Assembly: GCA_910578785.1 (NCBI GenBank)
Contig: CAJTSJ010000011.1
Coordinates: 9,248-73,247 of the forward strand
DNA: 64,000 nt
Direction: 5' to 3'
Source of the DNA: an uncultured Muribaculum sp.
GTDB lineage: Bacteria; Bacteroidota; Bacteroidia; Bacteroidales; Muribaculaceae
Below the pieces are notes generated by a model. It was not told the DNA's origin, ran no database searches, and saw nothing but the letters and a program-made list of their open reading frames with translations. Shown in pieces: positions 39,139 to 50,572 of this stretch. Positions within the stretch are counted from its first letter, which is position 1, and the number at the start of each line of letters is the position of its first letter. The position numbers and the translations under genes were made by a program.

Positions 39139-40746
39139 TTGCACACATTAAAGACAATAGCAATCTTGCTTGTCCTTATATGCACACCTTTTAAGATTTT
39201 CGCACTCGATCCGCCGTTAAGAGCTACGTCGGAACAAGTAAAAGAAAAGCTAAAGGAACTTGACAAAGTTTTGAGCAAAAGGGCAACGTACCTTGCCGAC
39301 CGGGAACGAAAACTCGACAGCCTGTCACTATCGATAGGTACGAATCCGGCCGACACCGTTGCCGCGTATCTTTCTTTAGGCGAATCAATGCCGTCATACT
39401 CCGTGGAGGGCGCGATAAAATACCTCAACAAAGGTCTCGCATTGGCAGAGGCAAATCAAATGGACGACTACGCCACCGAATACCGGCTGGCACTTGCAAG
39501 CATATATCCGTCAAACGGATTCATTGCTGAAGCTCTGAACATGTTCAGCCAGATAAATATCGACGAGTTGCCTAAACACATGCACGCCAAATACTATTGT
39601 TCCGGCGAAAAAATGTATGAGGAGATTCTCGAATACTACGCCAACACCGATGTCGACACCGAGGCATACAAATCGGAATGCGCCAAGTTTCGGCAGAACG
39701 CAATGTACTACTTCCCGCCAGAATCATCCGAATGGCTTCTGAGGGAGGCAAAACAATATGCATCGGGAATCAGCATCCGGGCCGCGCAGATTTCACTATA
39801 CGACTTAATAACCAGCCTTGAAGACACCGACCCGATCTACACCGAAGCTACTCAGCTGATGTCGAAATGCACCTTGATGCCGGAACTCGAACACGACCAC
39901 ATGTACTATCTCGCCTCGTCGGCCATCAGCGAAATCAAGCGCGGCGACCGCGACGGAATGGCGTTGCACCTGACCGGACAGCAACTTTTTGACTACGGCG
40001 ACATCGACCGCGCACACTCCTATCTGTCAAAAGCCATAGAGTCGATACCCGAACCGGGAGCGCAATCATTTCGCAACGAGGCTCTTATAAAGACCCTCAT
40101 GACCATTGAAGAAAGCTACGATGCGAAGATGAACAACAACATTCGCCTGCTGTCGGTGCTGATCATAATGCTGATTTTATGGGTAGTGTTCGTGTCGATA
40201 AGCCTTAGGCGCAATAAAAAGATTATCAGACAGCTGTCCCACGAACGTCATCTCGTCATCGAAGCCAACAACGCAAAGGAGACTTTCCTAAGGAACTTCC
40301 TTGAACTGGGCATAGTGTCATCACGCAGACTTGCCTCATTCTGTCGGCTGGTGACACGCAAAATCGCGTCAAAGCAGTTCAGCGACATCTACGAGACATC
40401 CAAATCAGGCAAAGTGGTAGACGAACAACGGAAACAGTTCGTAACCATATTCGATGCCTCGCTTCTGAGCATATACCCCTCGTTCATCACCGAGGTCAAC
40501 GCCCTGCTTCGGCCCGAAGAACAATATAGCCTGCAAGACAACCACCTGCCCTCCGAACTCCGGGTGCTTGCGCTGACCCGCCTCGGCATCGACGACGTCA
40601 ACCAGATTGCGGAAGCCATGGGATTCACCACCAGCACCGTATATGCATATCGCACAAAAGTGCGCAATAAAGCAATAAACAAAGATACTTTTGACTCTGA
40701 CATAATGAATATCGGGACTTTATCGCCTTTTTCCGAACCTTCGTGA
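39139..40746 (+). CDS. DUF6377/SusR-like membrane-spanning regulator
   Basis: Signal peptide, TPR-like helices, one TM, FDASLL..YPSF, ELRVLALTRLG, STVYAYRTKVRNKA. Confidence 0.85.
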   Translation: MHTLKTIAILLVLICTPFKIFALDPPLRATSEQVKEKLKELDKVLSKRATYLADRERKLDSLSLSIGTNPADTVAAYLSLGESMPSYSVEGAIKYLNKGLALAEANQMDDYATEYRLALASIYPSNGFIAEALNMFSQINIDELPKHMHAKYYCSGEKMYEEILEYYANTDVDTEAYKSECAKFRQNAMYYFPPESSEWLLREAKQYASGISIRAAQISLYDLITSLEDTDPIYTEATQLMSKCTLMPELEHDHMYYLASSAISEIKRGDRDGMALHLTGQQLFDYGDIDRAHSYLSKAIESIPEPGAQSFRNEALIKTLMTIEESYDAKMNNNIRLLSVLIIMLILWVVFVSISLRRNKKIIRQLSHERHLVIEANNAKETFLRNFLELGIVSSRRLASFCRLVTRKIASKQFSDIYETSKSGKVVDEQRKQFVTIFDASLLSIYPSFITEVNALLRPEEQYSLQDNHLPSELRVLALTRLGIDDVNQIAEAMGFTTSTVYAYRTKVRNKAINKDTFDSDIMNIGTLSPFSEPS

Positions 40747-40816
40747 ACTTTTTGCAAGGCCCGGGTGTTATCTACACATCAAAAAAAATAATTAATCACA
40801 TTTAAGCACTTGCCAC

Positions 40817-41563
40817 ATGAAAGATATCAAGGCGACCCTACTGGAACGTAGAAGCATCCGACGCTATGAACGCGAATCCATTCCCGATGAGACCATCGAG
40901 TTCATCTACGACGCTATCTGCAACACTCCTACAAGCTACAACGGACAGCAGTTTTCTGTAATTGATGTCTATGACCAGCCTATGAAGGAACGTCTGTATG
41001 AACTGATAGGCCAAAAACAGATCAAGACCTGCAGCCACTTCCTGATCTTTTGTGCCGACTACAATAAAATCACACAGATATCCGAGGCAAAGCTTATAGA
41101 CATGCCCGATTTCCACCATACAGCCGACGGCGTAATTGTAGGCGTAGTGGACGCTACTCTTGCCATGATGAACGCCCTCGAAGCGGCCGAAGCAAGCGGG
41201 CTTGGCACCTGCCCTATCGGCTATGCCCGTACGGCGGCTCCCGAAGCGCTCGCCCGTCTGCTGAAACTTCCTCCACGCGTGTTCGTGGTGTGCGGTCTCG
41301 CCATCGGAGTTCCGCGCGAGTTTCCCGACATGAAGCCCAAGCAGAAACGCTCGTTAGTGATTCATCCAAATCTCTACCGGCAGGACTCAATGGTTCCCGA
41401 ACTTCTCGAATATGACGAGCAGATCAAAGAGTTCAACGCCACAAGAAGCGGAACTAAGACCGACAATGACTGGGCATCTCACATAGTGGACTACTATCAG
41501 GAGGCTATGAGCTACTGCACCCTCGACGCACTCCGCAGACGCGGGTTCGACGTGAAGCGCTGA
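40817..41563 (+). CDS. Nitroreductase (NfsA/Frp-like)
   Basis: RRSIRRY, PTSYNGQ, GLGTCPIG, KPK. Confidence 0.9.
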   Translation: MKDIKATLLERRSIRRYERESIPDETIEFIYDAICNTPTSYNGQQFSVIDVYDQPMKERLYELIGQKQIKTCSHFLIFCADYNKITQISEAKLIDMPDFHHTADGVIVGVVDATLAMMNALEAAEASGLGTCPIGYARTAAPEALARLLKLPPRVFVVCGLAIGVPREFPDMKPKQKRSLVIHPNLYRQDSMVPELLEYDEQIKEFNATRSGTKTDNDWASHIVDYYQEAMSYCTLDALRRRGFDVKR

Positions 41564-41730
41564 TGCACTTACCAGCCGTCCGCGCAACATCCTTTACACG
41601 AAAAGGAACGATTGTCGGGCCTACCGGCATGTTTACAATAAAATTTTAGACAATCTCTTATTCGGCGGAATTAGTTTTTTCCGCCGATTTTGTGTAAATT
41701 TGCCAACTAAAACAAACAGCCAGACAGGAA

Positions 41731-43662
41731 ATGCTACGGATAAAGCGATTATATCTATTTATGCTTCAGAGCTTTTTGCCTCTGTTCATGATGACATTCG
41801 TGATATGTCTCTTCATCGTGCTGATGCAGTTTCTCTGGAAATATATCGACGACCTTGTAGGCAAAGGCCTGGAAATGAGCGTCATCCTTGAATTGTTCAT
41901 GTATGCCGCCCTGACCATGGTTCCGCTGGCTCTGCCATTGGCCATACTCCTGGCATCGCTAATGACGTTCGGCAACCTCGGTGAACAGTTTGAGCTCACG
42001 GCCATGAAGGCCTCGGGAGTGTCGCTCATAAAGTCAATGAGGCCTCTGATAGTGCTGATGGTGTTTGTGGCCATCGGAGCGTTCTTTTTCCAGAACAACG
42101 TGCTTCCTATAGCGCAGACCAAGATGTACACACTGCTCTATTCCATGCGACAGAAGTCGCCGGAGCTTGACATACCGGAAGGCGTATTCTATGACCAGAT
42201 AACCGGATTCAATATATTCGTAAATGAGAAGGACCGCGAGACCGGTATTCTGCACGACCTGCTGATATACAATGTCAGCAAAGGTACCGACAACGCCACC
42301 ATCATATATGCCGACTCAGGCAAAATGAGCTTCACCGACGACAAGGAACATCTTTTTCTGACGCTTTGGCACGGAGAGCAGTTTGAAAATCTGCGCGAAC
42401 AGCAAGGCATGTCGTCAAGCAATGTCCCCTACCGTCGCGAGACATTCGACAACAAGGAAGTTATGATCGCTTTCGACGCCAACTTCAACCGAATGGACGA
42501 GAGCGGAATGCGCAATCAGTACGTGGGCAAAAACATCTCCGAACTGCAGGCCACCATCGACTCCGTCAACACCCGTGTAGACAGCATTGGCGACGTCTAC
42601 GGCAAATCGATCAAAGAAATCCCTTATTTCAGCATTAACTATTACCGGTATGTCCGTACCGACACCGGTATGGTGGCCACACATCAGAATGAAGTCCAGA
42701 TGAAGGAACCGCTCAATCTCGACTCCATATTCACCGGAGCCAATCCGGCATTCAAAAAGTCATATCTCAACCAGGCTCTCGGCAAAGCCAAGAGGGCTAA
42801 ACAGGATTACGAATTCAAATCGCTTACCATGAGCGACGACCGCAGAGTGATACGCCGTCACGCCATCGAGCTTATGAAGAAGTACACCCTGTCAATGGCA
42901 TGTCTGGTATTCTTCTTTATCGGGGCGCCGCTCGGAGCCATAATCCGCAAGGGCGGACTGGGAACTCCGTTGGTAATATCCGTGTTCCTGTTCATATTCT
43001 ACTACATCATAGACAACACCGGCTATAAGATGGCCCGCGACGGCAAGCTTGAAGTATGGGAAGGAATCTGGCTGTCGACATTTGTCCTCCTGCCATTAGG
43101 TATATTCTTCACATACAAGGCCGTAAACGACTCCGCTGTATTCAACAAGGATGCTTACGTCAACTTCTTCCGAAAACTGTTCGGAACGGCCGAGACCCGC
43201 AAACTTGAGGTTAAGGAGCTGATTATGGACGATGTCGATGTAAATGTGGCGCTTGATAAAATTAAAGAACTGAACGGACAGTGTCAGAATTTCCTTGACA
43301 GGTATGACAACCGCCAGACATACCTGCAATATTGGCTTGAAGGTTACGACCGGCGTCAGATACACTCCATCAGTGCAAGCCTCGAACATCTCGTTGACTA
43401 TCTGTCAAACTCTTCAGTGCGTGTGATAATCCTCAAGCTTATGGAGTTGCCTATCATGCGACATCTGTGGCTCTACCGTCCGTCGGACTACCGATGGCTG
43501 TCATGGACATTCATAATCCTGTTCCCGGTCGGTGTGCCTTTGTATCTGCTCGGCTTACGCAGTCAGAAGCAGCTTAAAGAAGAAATCCAGCACATAGTGA
43601 CTACCGACAACGAATTGGCAGTGCTGTTGCAGACCGACATAGACTCCTCTAAACAAGAATAA
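41731..43662 (+). CDS. LptF/LptG family LPS export permease
   Basis: LPLAILLASLMTFGNLGE..ELTAMKASG, IGAPLGAIIRKGG. Confidence 0.92.
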   Translation: MLRIKRLYLFMLQSFLPLFMMTFVICLFIVLMQFLWKYIDDLVGKGLEMSVILELFMYAALTMVPLALPLAILLASLMTFGNLGEQFELTAMKASGVSLIKSMRPLIVLMVFVAIGAFFFQNNVLPIAQTKMYTLLYSMRQKSPELDIPEGVFYDQITGFNIFVNEKDRETGILHDLLIYNVSKGTDNATIIYADSGKMSFTDDKEHLFLTLWHGEQFENLREQQGMSSSNVPYRRETFDNKEVMIAFDANFNRMDESGMRNQYVGKNISELQATIDSVNTRVDSIGDVYGKSIKEIPYFSINYYRYVRTDTGMVATHQNEVQMKEPLNLDSIFTGANPAFKKSYLNQALGKAKRAKQDYEFKSLTMSDDRRVIRRHAIELMKKYTLSMACLVFFFIGAPLGAIIRKGGLGTPLVISVFLFIFYYIIDNTGYKMARDGKLEVWEGIWLSTFVLLPLGIFFTYKAVNDSAVFNKDAYVNFFRKLFGTAETRKLEVKELIMDDVDVNVALDKIKELNGQCQNFLDRYDNRQTYLQYWLEGYDRRQIHSISASLEHLVDYLSNSSVRVIILKLMELPIMRHLWLYRPSDYRWLSWTFIILFPVGVPLYLLGLRSQKQLKEEIQHIVTTDNELAVLLQTDIDSSKQE

Positions 43663-43677
43663 TCGAAAAATAAAAAT

Positions 43678-44895
43678 ATGAGCGACATAAAACTTGACTC
43701 AATCGAAGATGCAATCAAAGACTTCCGCGAAGGGAAGTTCCTTATAGTTGTAGACGATGCCGACCGCGAGAATGAAGGCGACCTGATTGTTGCGGCTGAA
43801 AAAATCACGCCTGAACAAGTCAATTTCATGCTTAAGAATGCCCGCGGAGTGCTCTGTGTGCCATTGACCATATCACGTTGCGAACAGCTTGACCTGCCCC
43901 ATCAGGTGCAGAACAACACCTCCGTACTCGGGACCCCGTTTACAGTCACCGTCGACAAGCTCGAAGGTTGCTCGACCGGAGTCAGCATCCACGACCGTGC
44001 GGCTACTATACGCGCCCTCGCCGACCCCTCTTCCACTCCCGAGACATTCGGCCGTCCCGGCCACATCTGCCCGCTTTATGCACAGGACAAAGGTGTGCTC
44101 CGCCGTTCAGGCCATACTGAAGCATGCGTCGACATGGCCCGTCTGGCCGGACTACAGCCGGCGGCCGCGCTTATGGAGATAATGAGCGACGACGGTTCAA
44201 TGGCCCGTCTGCCGGAACTGCGCAAAAAGGCCGATGAATGGGGCGTGAAGCTGATATCTATCGCCGACCTCATCGCCTACCGCTATAAGCAGGAATCTTT
44301 GGTAGAAAAAGGCGTGGAAGTCGACATGCCGACCAAATGGGGACACTTCCGTATGATTGCCTTCAGACAGAAGAGCAACGGCCTTGAACATATCGCCATA
44401 ATCAAAGGCGACCTGGCAGGAAGCGACGAACCGGCACTTGTACGTGTTCACTCGTCATGCGCCACCGGCGACATATTCGGGTCGAAGCGATGCGACTGCG
44501 GCGATCAGCTCCACCGTGCGCTGGAGATGATAGAGAAGGAAGGACGCGGTGCTGTCGTATACCTAAATCAAGAGGGTCGCGGCATCGGTCTGATGGAAAA
44601 AATGAAAGCCTACAAACTTCAGGAAGACGGCATGGACACCGTTGACGCCAACGTATGCCTCGGACATCTCGCCGACGAACGCGACTACGGCGTAGGCGCT
44701 CAGATACTTCACGAAATCGGAGTGCGCAAGATGCGTCTCATGACCAATAATCCCGTAAAACGCGTAGGCCTGGAATCATACGGACTTGAAATCACCGAAA
44801 ACGTTCCCATCGAAATCGAACCGAACGAATACAACATCCGCTACATGAGCACCAAGCAGACCCGCATGGGCCATAATCTGCACATTAACAAATAG
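43678..44895 (+). CDS. ribBA: Bifunctional DHBP synthase / GTP cyclohydrolase II
   Basis: [28 protein letters not shown]...RCDCG, QEGRGIG, TNNP. Confidence 0.97.
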   Translation: MSDIKLDSIEDAIKDFREGKFLIVVDDADRENEGDLIVAAEKITPEQVNFMLKNARGVLCVPLTISRCEQLDLPHQVQNNTSVLGTPFTVTVDKLEGCSTGVSIHDRAATIRALADPSSTPETFGRPGHICPLYAQDKGVLRRSGHTEACVDMARLAGLQPAAALMEIMSDDGSMARLPELRKKADEWGVKLISIADLIAYRYKQESLVEKGVEVDMPTKWGHFRMIAFRQKSNGLEHIAIIKGDLAGSDEPALVRVHSSCATGDIFGSKRCDCGDQLHRALEMIEKEGRGAVVYLNQEGRGIGLMEKMKAYKLQEDGMDTVDANVCLGHLADERDYGVGAQILHEIGVRKMRLMTNNPVKRVGLESYGLEITENVPIEIEPNEYNIRYMSTKQTRMGHNLHINK

Positions 44896-44927
44896 ACAAA
44901 TCCAACTTAGGATAATCGAATTAGCTT

Positions 44928-44962
44928 CAGAGGCCGGGAAATGAATCCCGGCCTCTGTTTTT
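44928..44962 (+). terminator. Intrinsic terminator after ribBA
   Basis: CAGAGGCCGGGA-AATGAA-TCCCGGCCTCTG followed by TTTTT. Confidence 0.85.
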
Positions 44963-45000
44963 ATTACAGTCTAAAGACCTCATGTTGCATTTGAACAATT

Positions 45001-45723
45001 TCAAAGATAAAACGCTTCGGTCAGCTCATGATATTCTTCGGAACCGATACGTAGTTCGCCGTATTCGGCCGTGAACGTACCGTCGACCGAAAGCTCCCAA
45101 AGAGTTCGCGACGGCATAGTCGATGCTCTCTTAGTAAACACGGATATTTTACGGGCAATCTTCATCCTGCGCATTTCGGCCTCAAACGTCACGTCTGAAT
45201 CAAATTCAGCAGGCAATATCATCGACAGACGTCCTGACGGCGTCAAGAGCCCATCGGCACAACGCCTAATCAACGAACAGTAGTCAAGACCGTCGCCGTG
45301 ACGCGCCATGCTCCGTGCATAGTCCGGTGACTTGACCTGGGCCTTATAAAACGGAGGATTGCTCACGACAAGGTCATACGGGCCATGCAATCCGCAATCT
45401 TCCGCCGCTATACGGTTGAAATCACCGCACGACACACATATTCTATCAGCCCAGGGAGACTGATTTACATTCCACACCGCCTCATCGACAGCTTCAGGAA
45501 TTATGTCTATAGCATCAATCTCGGCCACAGGCGACCGCTGTGCAATCATAAGCGCGATTAACCCGGTACCGGTACCGACATCAAGCACACGCTCAACGCC
45601 GTCAACACCGCACCACGCGCCGAGCAACACTCCGTCAGTGCCAACTTTCATTGCACTGTTGCTGTTACGTACTGAAAAACGTTTGAATCGAAAAACCGAT
45701 TCTCTATTCGGATTGATTCCCAT
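45001..45723 (-). CDS. tRNA1(Val) A37 N6-methyltransferase (TrmN6/YfiC family)
   Basis: FRFKRF, MKVGTDGVLLGAW, DVGTGTG, SNPPFY. Confidence 0.92.
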   Translation of the reverse strand: MGINPNRESVFRFKRFSVRNSNSAMKVGTDGVLLGAWCGVDGVERVLDVGTGTGLIALMIAQRSPVAEIDAIDIIPEAVDEAVWNVNQSPWADRICVSCGDFNRIAAEDCGLHGPYDLVVSNPPFYKAQVKSPDYARSMARHGDGLDYCSLIRRCADGLLTPSGRLSMILPAEFDSDVTFEAEMRRMKIARKISVFTKRASTMPSRTLWELSVDGTFTAEYGELRIGSEEYHELTEAFYL

Positions 45724-45817
45724 AACATAGGCAAAGTTAAACATAAAGTCGGGAGATATGTTTATATTAGCATAAAAAGTTGTAACTTTACAGAGAATCT
45801 ACTTAAACGGACTAACG

Positions 45818-46426
45818 ATGAATATAGTATCTTCCAAATTCGAAATCAGTAATTCAGATGTAAACAAATGCCCGGCCGGATGCCGTCACGAATACGCATT
45901 CATCGGACGGTCCAACGTCGGCAAGTCGTCGCTGATCAATATGTTGACCCGGCACAAGGGTCTGGCAATGACATCGTCGACTCCGGGTAAGACCACGCTT
46001 ATAAACCACTTCCTCATAAATGACGAATGGTACATAGTCGACCTTCCGGGATACGGTTATGCCCAACGCGGCAAGGAGATGCAACGCAAAATACGCAAGA
46101 TAATCGAAGACTATATTCTTGAACGAGGACAGATGACCAATCTGTTTCTGCTTATAGACTCGCGCCATGAACCACAGAAAATAGACCTGGAATTCATGGA
46201 ATGGCTTGGCGAAAATGCAGTGCCTTTCTCGATTGTATTCACCAAACTTGACAAGATGTCGTCAAACGCGGCCAAGATAGTCACAGGCAAATATCTTGAG
46301 ACCCTCAAAGAGCAGTGGGAGGAACTTCCGCCTGTGTTCTACACATCAAGTGCCAACGGGCGCGGACGCGAAGAGCTGCTTGACTATATCGAGGAACTGA
46401 ACAAACTTCCGCTTAACTGCGAATAG
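45818..46426 (+). CDS. engB: Ribosome biogenesis GTPase YihA/EngB
   Basis: [23 protein letters not shown]. Confidence 0.95.
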   Translation: MNIVSSKFEISNSDVNKCPAGCRHEYAFIGRSNVGKSSLINMLTRHKGLAMTSSTPGKTTLINHFLINDEWYIVDLPGYGYAQRGKEMQRKIRKIIEDYILERGQMTNLFLLIDSRHEPQKIDLEFMEWLGENAVPFSIVFTKLDKMSSNAAKIVTGKYLETLKEQWEELPPVFYTSSANGRGREELLDYIEELNKLPLNCE

Positions 46427-46444
46427 AAGTACCGAGGCAAGGCA

Positions 46445-48646
46445 ATGGGCGAAAAATACTTTACGGACGAAGAGCGCATAAAGCTTCTGGATGTCACCAA
46501 AAATCTGATGTTGGCGACACGCGATGTCGTGGAGAAAAACGATGTCAGACGCATACGCTCAGTCATCGAAAAAGGTGTTGTCGAAAACCACTTCCGACGC
46601 GACCGGTTCGGGTTCAACCCTACTCTGCACTATCTGTCGACGGCATTGGCCCTGTGCGAAAAGGTCAGTCCCGACCGCAACATGATTATAGCCATACTTC
46701 TTTTCTCCCTCTGCCAAAGCAACGTACTCGCCGAGGAAGACTTGAAAAAAGAATGGGGCGACGACATCGCACGGCTTATTCACGGATTGCTGAAGGTGTC
46801 ATCGCTTTACAGCAAGCAGGCGGCCGTTGAGAGCGACAACTTCAGAAAACTGCTCCTGACGTTTGCCGAAGACATCCGCGTAATCATAATCATGATAGTC
46901 GACCGACTCACGCTCATGCGCGCCATCAACCATCACCCCAACGAAAAGATGGTACACGATGTGGCCTATGAGTCCAACTATCTGTATGCTCCCCTGGCAC
47001 ACCGATTAGGTCTGTACGCCATCAAGTCGGAGCTTGAGGACATGTCGCTTAAGTATACAAACCGAACCACTTACACCGACATTGCCCATAAACTTAACGA
47101 GACAAAAGCCAAACGCGATGCCTACATCGAATCGTTCATACGTCCGATAAAGGAAAAGCTGAACGCCACCGGCCTTAAATATGAAATCAAAGGCCGCACA
47201 AAGTCGATTTATTCAATCTGGAATAAAATAAAAAAGCAGAAGAACGACATCGACCAGATATACGACCTGTTTGCCATCCGTGTAATAATCGACACAGAAC
47301 CCGCAAGGGAGAAGAGCGACTGCTGGCTGGCCTACTCGGTCATAACCGACATGTACCAGCCCAACCCTTCAAGAATGAAGGATTGGCTTAGCATACCTAA
47401 AAGCAACGGATATGAGTCGCTGCACATCACCGTCTACGGTCCCGACAACCGCTGGGTAGAGGTACAGATACGCACCAAGCGTATGGATCTGATTGCAGAG
47501 AAAGGTCTTGCCGCCCACTGGAAATACAAAGGCATCAAGAGCGAGGGTGCCCTCGATGCGTGGATGAACAATGTGCGCGATATTCTCGAGACTGCGGAGA
47601 CCGGGCCTATGGAGCTGATGAAGAACATGAAGATGGACATCTACGAAAAGGAGGTGTTCGTATTCACGCCCAAAGGCGACCTTTACAAGCTTCCGTTCGG
47701 AGCCACGCTTCTCGACTTCGCGTTCCACATCCACTCGCGTCTCGGCATGTCATGCGTGGGAGGCAAAGTCAACGGACGCAACCAGAAGCTTAACTATAAG
47801 CTTAAAAGCGGCGACACCGTGGAGATACAGACATCTTCCACCCAGACACCCAAACTCGACTGGCTGAACTTTACAGTGACGTCGAAAGCCCGCAACAAAA
47901 TACGCCAGAGCGTCAAGGAAATCGAAAGCCGTCAGGCAAATCTCGGCAAGGAGCTGCTTGAACGACGTTTCAAGAACCGCAAAATAGAGATGGTCGAGAG
48001 CACAATGACCAAGCTCATCAAGAAGACCGGCTACAAGACGGCTACAGACTTTTACGATGCCATAGCGTCGGGAGAAAAGGATGTCAACGACGTAATCACC
48101 GAATACGAGAATCTCGACAAGAAAGCGGCCGACGCCGGCGAGACCAGATCGGCCGGTGAGTTCAAGCTCATGCAGCCAGACGAACAGTCGGCGGCAAGCG
48201 ACATACTCGTCATCGGCGACGACATCAAAGGCATAAACTACCGTCTGTCGAAATGCTGCAACCCCATATATGGCGACGACGTGTTCGGATTCATATCAGC
48301 CGAAGGTGTCATTAAAATCCATCGCCACGACTGTCCAAACGCCACAAATATCAAAGACAAGTATCCTTACCGGATCATACCGACGCGCTGGTCAGGCAAA
48401 CTCGGCCATCAGTTCGGAGCCACCCTGCGTATAGTAGGACATGACGACATAGGCATCGTGGCATCCATCACGTCGATTATCAACAAGGAGAAGGACACCG
48501 CACTGCGGAGCATCTCCATTGATTCAAACGACGGCATATTCCACGGCTACCTTGTAGTAGGAATCAACGACACAGTAGCCCTAAATAACCTTATTAAAAA
48601 GCTAAAAACCGTAAAAGGAGTAAAAGATGTACAACGTAGCAAGTAA
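46445..48646 (+). CDS. Long RelA/SpoT homolog, (p)ppGpp synthetase
   Basis: APLAHRLG, GRTKS, DLFAIR, NGYESLH, EVQIRT, TGS (VFTPKG), CC and ACT domains. Confidence 0.95.
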   Translation: MGEKYFTDEERIKLLDVTKNLMLATRDVVEKNDVRRIRSVIEKGVVENHFRRDRFGFNPTLHYLSTALALCEKVSPDRNMIIAILLFSLCQSNVLAEEDLKKEWGDDIARLIHGLLKVSSLYSKQAAVESDNFRKLLLTFAEDIRVIIIMIVDRLTLMRAINHHPNEKMVHDVAYESNYLYAPLAHRLGLYAIKSELEDMSLKYTNRTTYTDIAHKLNETKAKRDAYIESFIRPIKEKLNATGLKYEIKGRTKSIYSIWNKIKKQKNDIDQIYDLFAIRVIIDTEPAREKSDCWLAYSVITDMYQPNPSRMKDWLSIPKSNGYESLHITVYGPDNRWVEVQIRTKRMDLIAEKGLAAHWKYKGIKSEGALDAWMNNVRDILETAETGPMELMKNMKMDIYEKEVFVFTPKGDLYKLPFGATLLDFAFHIHSRLGMSCVGGKVNGRNQKLNYKLKSGDTVEIQTSSTQTPKLDWLNFTVTSKARNKIRQSVKEIESRQANLGKELLERRFKNRKIEMVESTMTKLIKKTGYKTATDFYDAIASGEKDVNDVITEYENLDKKAADAGETRSAGEFKLMQPDEQSAASDILVIGDDIKGINYRLSKCCNPIYGDDVFGFISAEGVIKIHRHDCPNATNIKDKYPYRIIPTRWSGKLGHQFGATLRIVGHDDIGIVASITSIINKEKDTALRSISIDSNDGIFHGYLVVGINDTVALNNLIKKLKTVKGVKDVQRSK

Positions 48647-49487
48647 ATCAATCATTGCCGCAATGCTGGCTTCGGCCATCTGCTTCAGCGGATGCTCATC
48701 AAAAAGCGCAGAGCGCATCGAAGCTGAGAAACTTATCGCAAACGCCGATTCTGCCCTGAAAGTGCAGAATTACGACGAAGCAATAGCCATTCTCGACTCG
48801 CTCAAGGCCAAATATCCCACCGAAATTGACATCCAGCGCCAAGGCATGCACTTACGTCCGCAAGCCATCGAAGGCCAGACGATACGCGAACTTCAGACCA
48901 CCGACAGCCTCAGGGCCTACTACGAATATGTGTCAGACTCACTGAAGCAATATTTCACACTTGTCCATAATCCAGAACTCGGCGAAGACTATGACTACTA
49001 TGTCATCAAAGAATACAAGAACAGCAATCTGTTCAACCGCACCGGACTTGAAGCCCGTGTGGAACCTTCAGGCGAATTGCGCCTGATATCGTCGCTTGTC
49101 GGTCATCCCGGAGTGAAACATACGAAGATTACACTTTCATCGAAAAGTGCCGGACAACTTGTCGAATCGGCAGAAGTGCCCTACGACGGTGAACGCAACT
49201 ACCGTTCAGGCTCAACCGAAATGATTACATTTATCGGAGCCGAATGCGATACCTTGGGCCACTATCTGACCAACGACGCCCCGCGCGACGTGACCCTTGC
49301 CTTCCGTGGAGCAAAAGTCCACACAATGCCGTTGAGCAAAAACGACAGAAAGTCGCTCGAACTAAGCTACAAATTCGCACAGGCCACCGCGCAGCACCGC
49401 AAACAGGTTCTCAAACTCGACTATCTCAACAAACAGTTAATGATAGCCCGCGACCAGGCCGCCCGCACAGCCAAGGATCCGGAGTAA
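48627..49487 (+). CDS. Conserved hypothetical lipoprotein
   Basis: Lipobox FSGC; helical N-terminus with AIAILDSL..KYP. Confidence 0.75.
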   Translation: MYNVASKSIIAAMLASAICFSGCSSKSAERIEAEKLIANADSALKVQNYDEAIAILDSLKAKYPTEIDIQRQGMHLRPQAIEGQTIRELQTTDSLRAYYEYVSDSLKQYFTLVHNPELGEDYDYYVIKEYKNSNLFNRTGLEARVEPSGELRLISSLVGHPGVKHTKITLSSKSAGQLVESAEVPYDGERNYRSGSTEMITFIGAECDTLGHYLTNDAPRDVTLAFRGAKVHTMPLSKNDRKSLELSYKFAQATAQHRKQVLKLDYLNKQLMIARDQAARTAKDPE

Positions 49488-49495
49488 ACAGTATT

Positions 49496-50497
49496 CTACA
49501 AACCCTGACGGTCAAGCCACTTGAATATATAGTCATATAGAGGCTCGCGTACACCTTTGCCCGACAGCACAAGGTCGTGCAGACCGCCGTAGACCGTAAC
49601 CTCCGTCACAACCGGCCCCAGACGACGGCCGTATTTCGAAATATCCTCGACATCGAGTACAGCATCGGTGCATAAATACATGCTGTCCGGATCGCCATTC
49701 TTAAACGACCGGTCGGAATGCATCAGCAATATTGGCACACGGATATCGGGGTCGTCCTGTATGACGCTCTGGGCCGCGTCGATGGCGCGGATCCAACCGC
49801 TGTCGACGTTCGGCGACACAGCAAGCTTCCACGAAGTGTCATAGTGCCATTCACCGTCGTAATCGGCGAGAAGACTGCGTGCATAGTGGTCGCCTCCGCC
49901 TTGCGGAATTGAGACGTCAGGAAATAGCCTTGCCACTCCCCTGACCATTGGAATCAGGAATTTTTCTTGAAATTTCGTTTGGTTCCAGTCGAGAAACGGG
50001 CTATTCAGAATCAAAGCACGAATCAGGGTGTCGGGATTTTCATTCATATACAGCGACGTGGTAAGCCCACCTGTAGAGTGCCCCATAAGAACAATCTCAC
50101 GGTTGCCGTCGCGCTTCATCTGAGCCAGCGCCGAATCTATGTCGGCAAAATACTCTTTCATGTCCCTGACCTGAAACATCTTCTGGCCGGCAATTATCGA
50201 CCGTCCGTACTTACGCAAGTCCACGGCATAGAAGTTGTAGCATGAGTCGACAAAACGGTCGCCCATCTCCGCCTGAAAGAAGTAGTCATTGAATCCATGC
50301 ACGTAAAGCACACCCTTGCCGGACGAACAGTCAGACAGCTTTCTGACTATGGTGCAACGCACCTTGCCGGAGTAATCATCGGGCTGGTCGACGTAGCGCA
50401 TCTCGTAGCCGTCGCCAAGTACGTCGGGACGCCACTGTGCAAACGAGGTGACGCTCCCGAGCAAAACAAACAGTAATGTAGAAATAATCTGTCTCAT
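49496..50497 (-). CDS. Alpha/beta hydrolase (lysophospholipase-like), exported
   Basis: HGFNDYFF, DLRKYGRS, GHSTGG, HDLVLS. Confidence 0.9.
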   Translation of the reverse strand: MRQIISTLLFVLLGSVTSFAQWRPDVLGDGYEMRYVDQPDDYSGKVRCTIVRKLSDCSSGKGVLYVHGFNDYFFQAEMGDRFVDSCYNFYAVDLRKYGRSIIAGQKMFQVRDMKEYFADIDSALAQMKRDGNREIVLMGHSTGGLTTSLYMNENPDTLIRALILNSPFLDWNQTKFQEKFLIPMVRGVARLFPDVSIPQGGGDHYARSLLADYDGEWHYDTSWKLAVSPNVDSGWIRAIDAAQSVIQDDPDIRVPILLMHSDRSFKNGDPDSMYLCTDAVLDVEDISKYGRRLGPVVTEVTVYGGLHDLVLSGKGVREPLYDYIFKWLDRQGL

Positions 50498-50510
50498 ATC
50501 TTCAATAACG

Positions 50511-50549
50511 AATTATCCCACGAAAATGTTAAAATTCCGTGGGATAATT
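50511..50549 (-). terminator. Hairpin after the ABC permease
   Basis: AATTATCCCACG / CGTGGGATAATT 12-bp inverted repeat. Confidence 0.6.
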
Positions 50550-50572
50550 TATAATTTAAGCAGTACGGTAAT

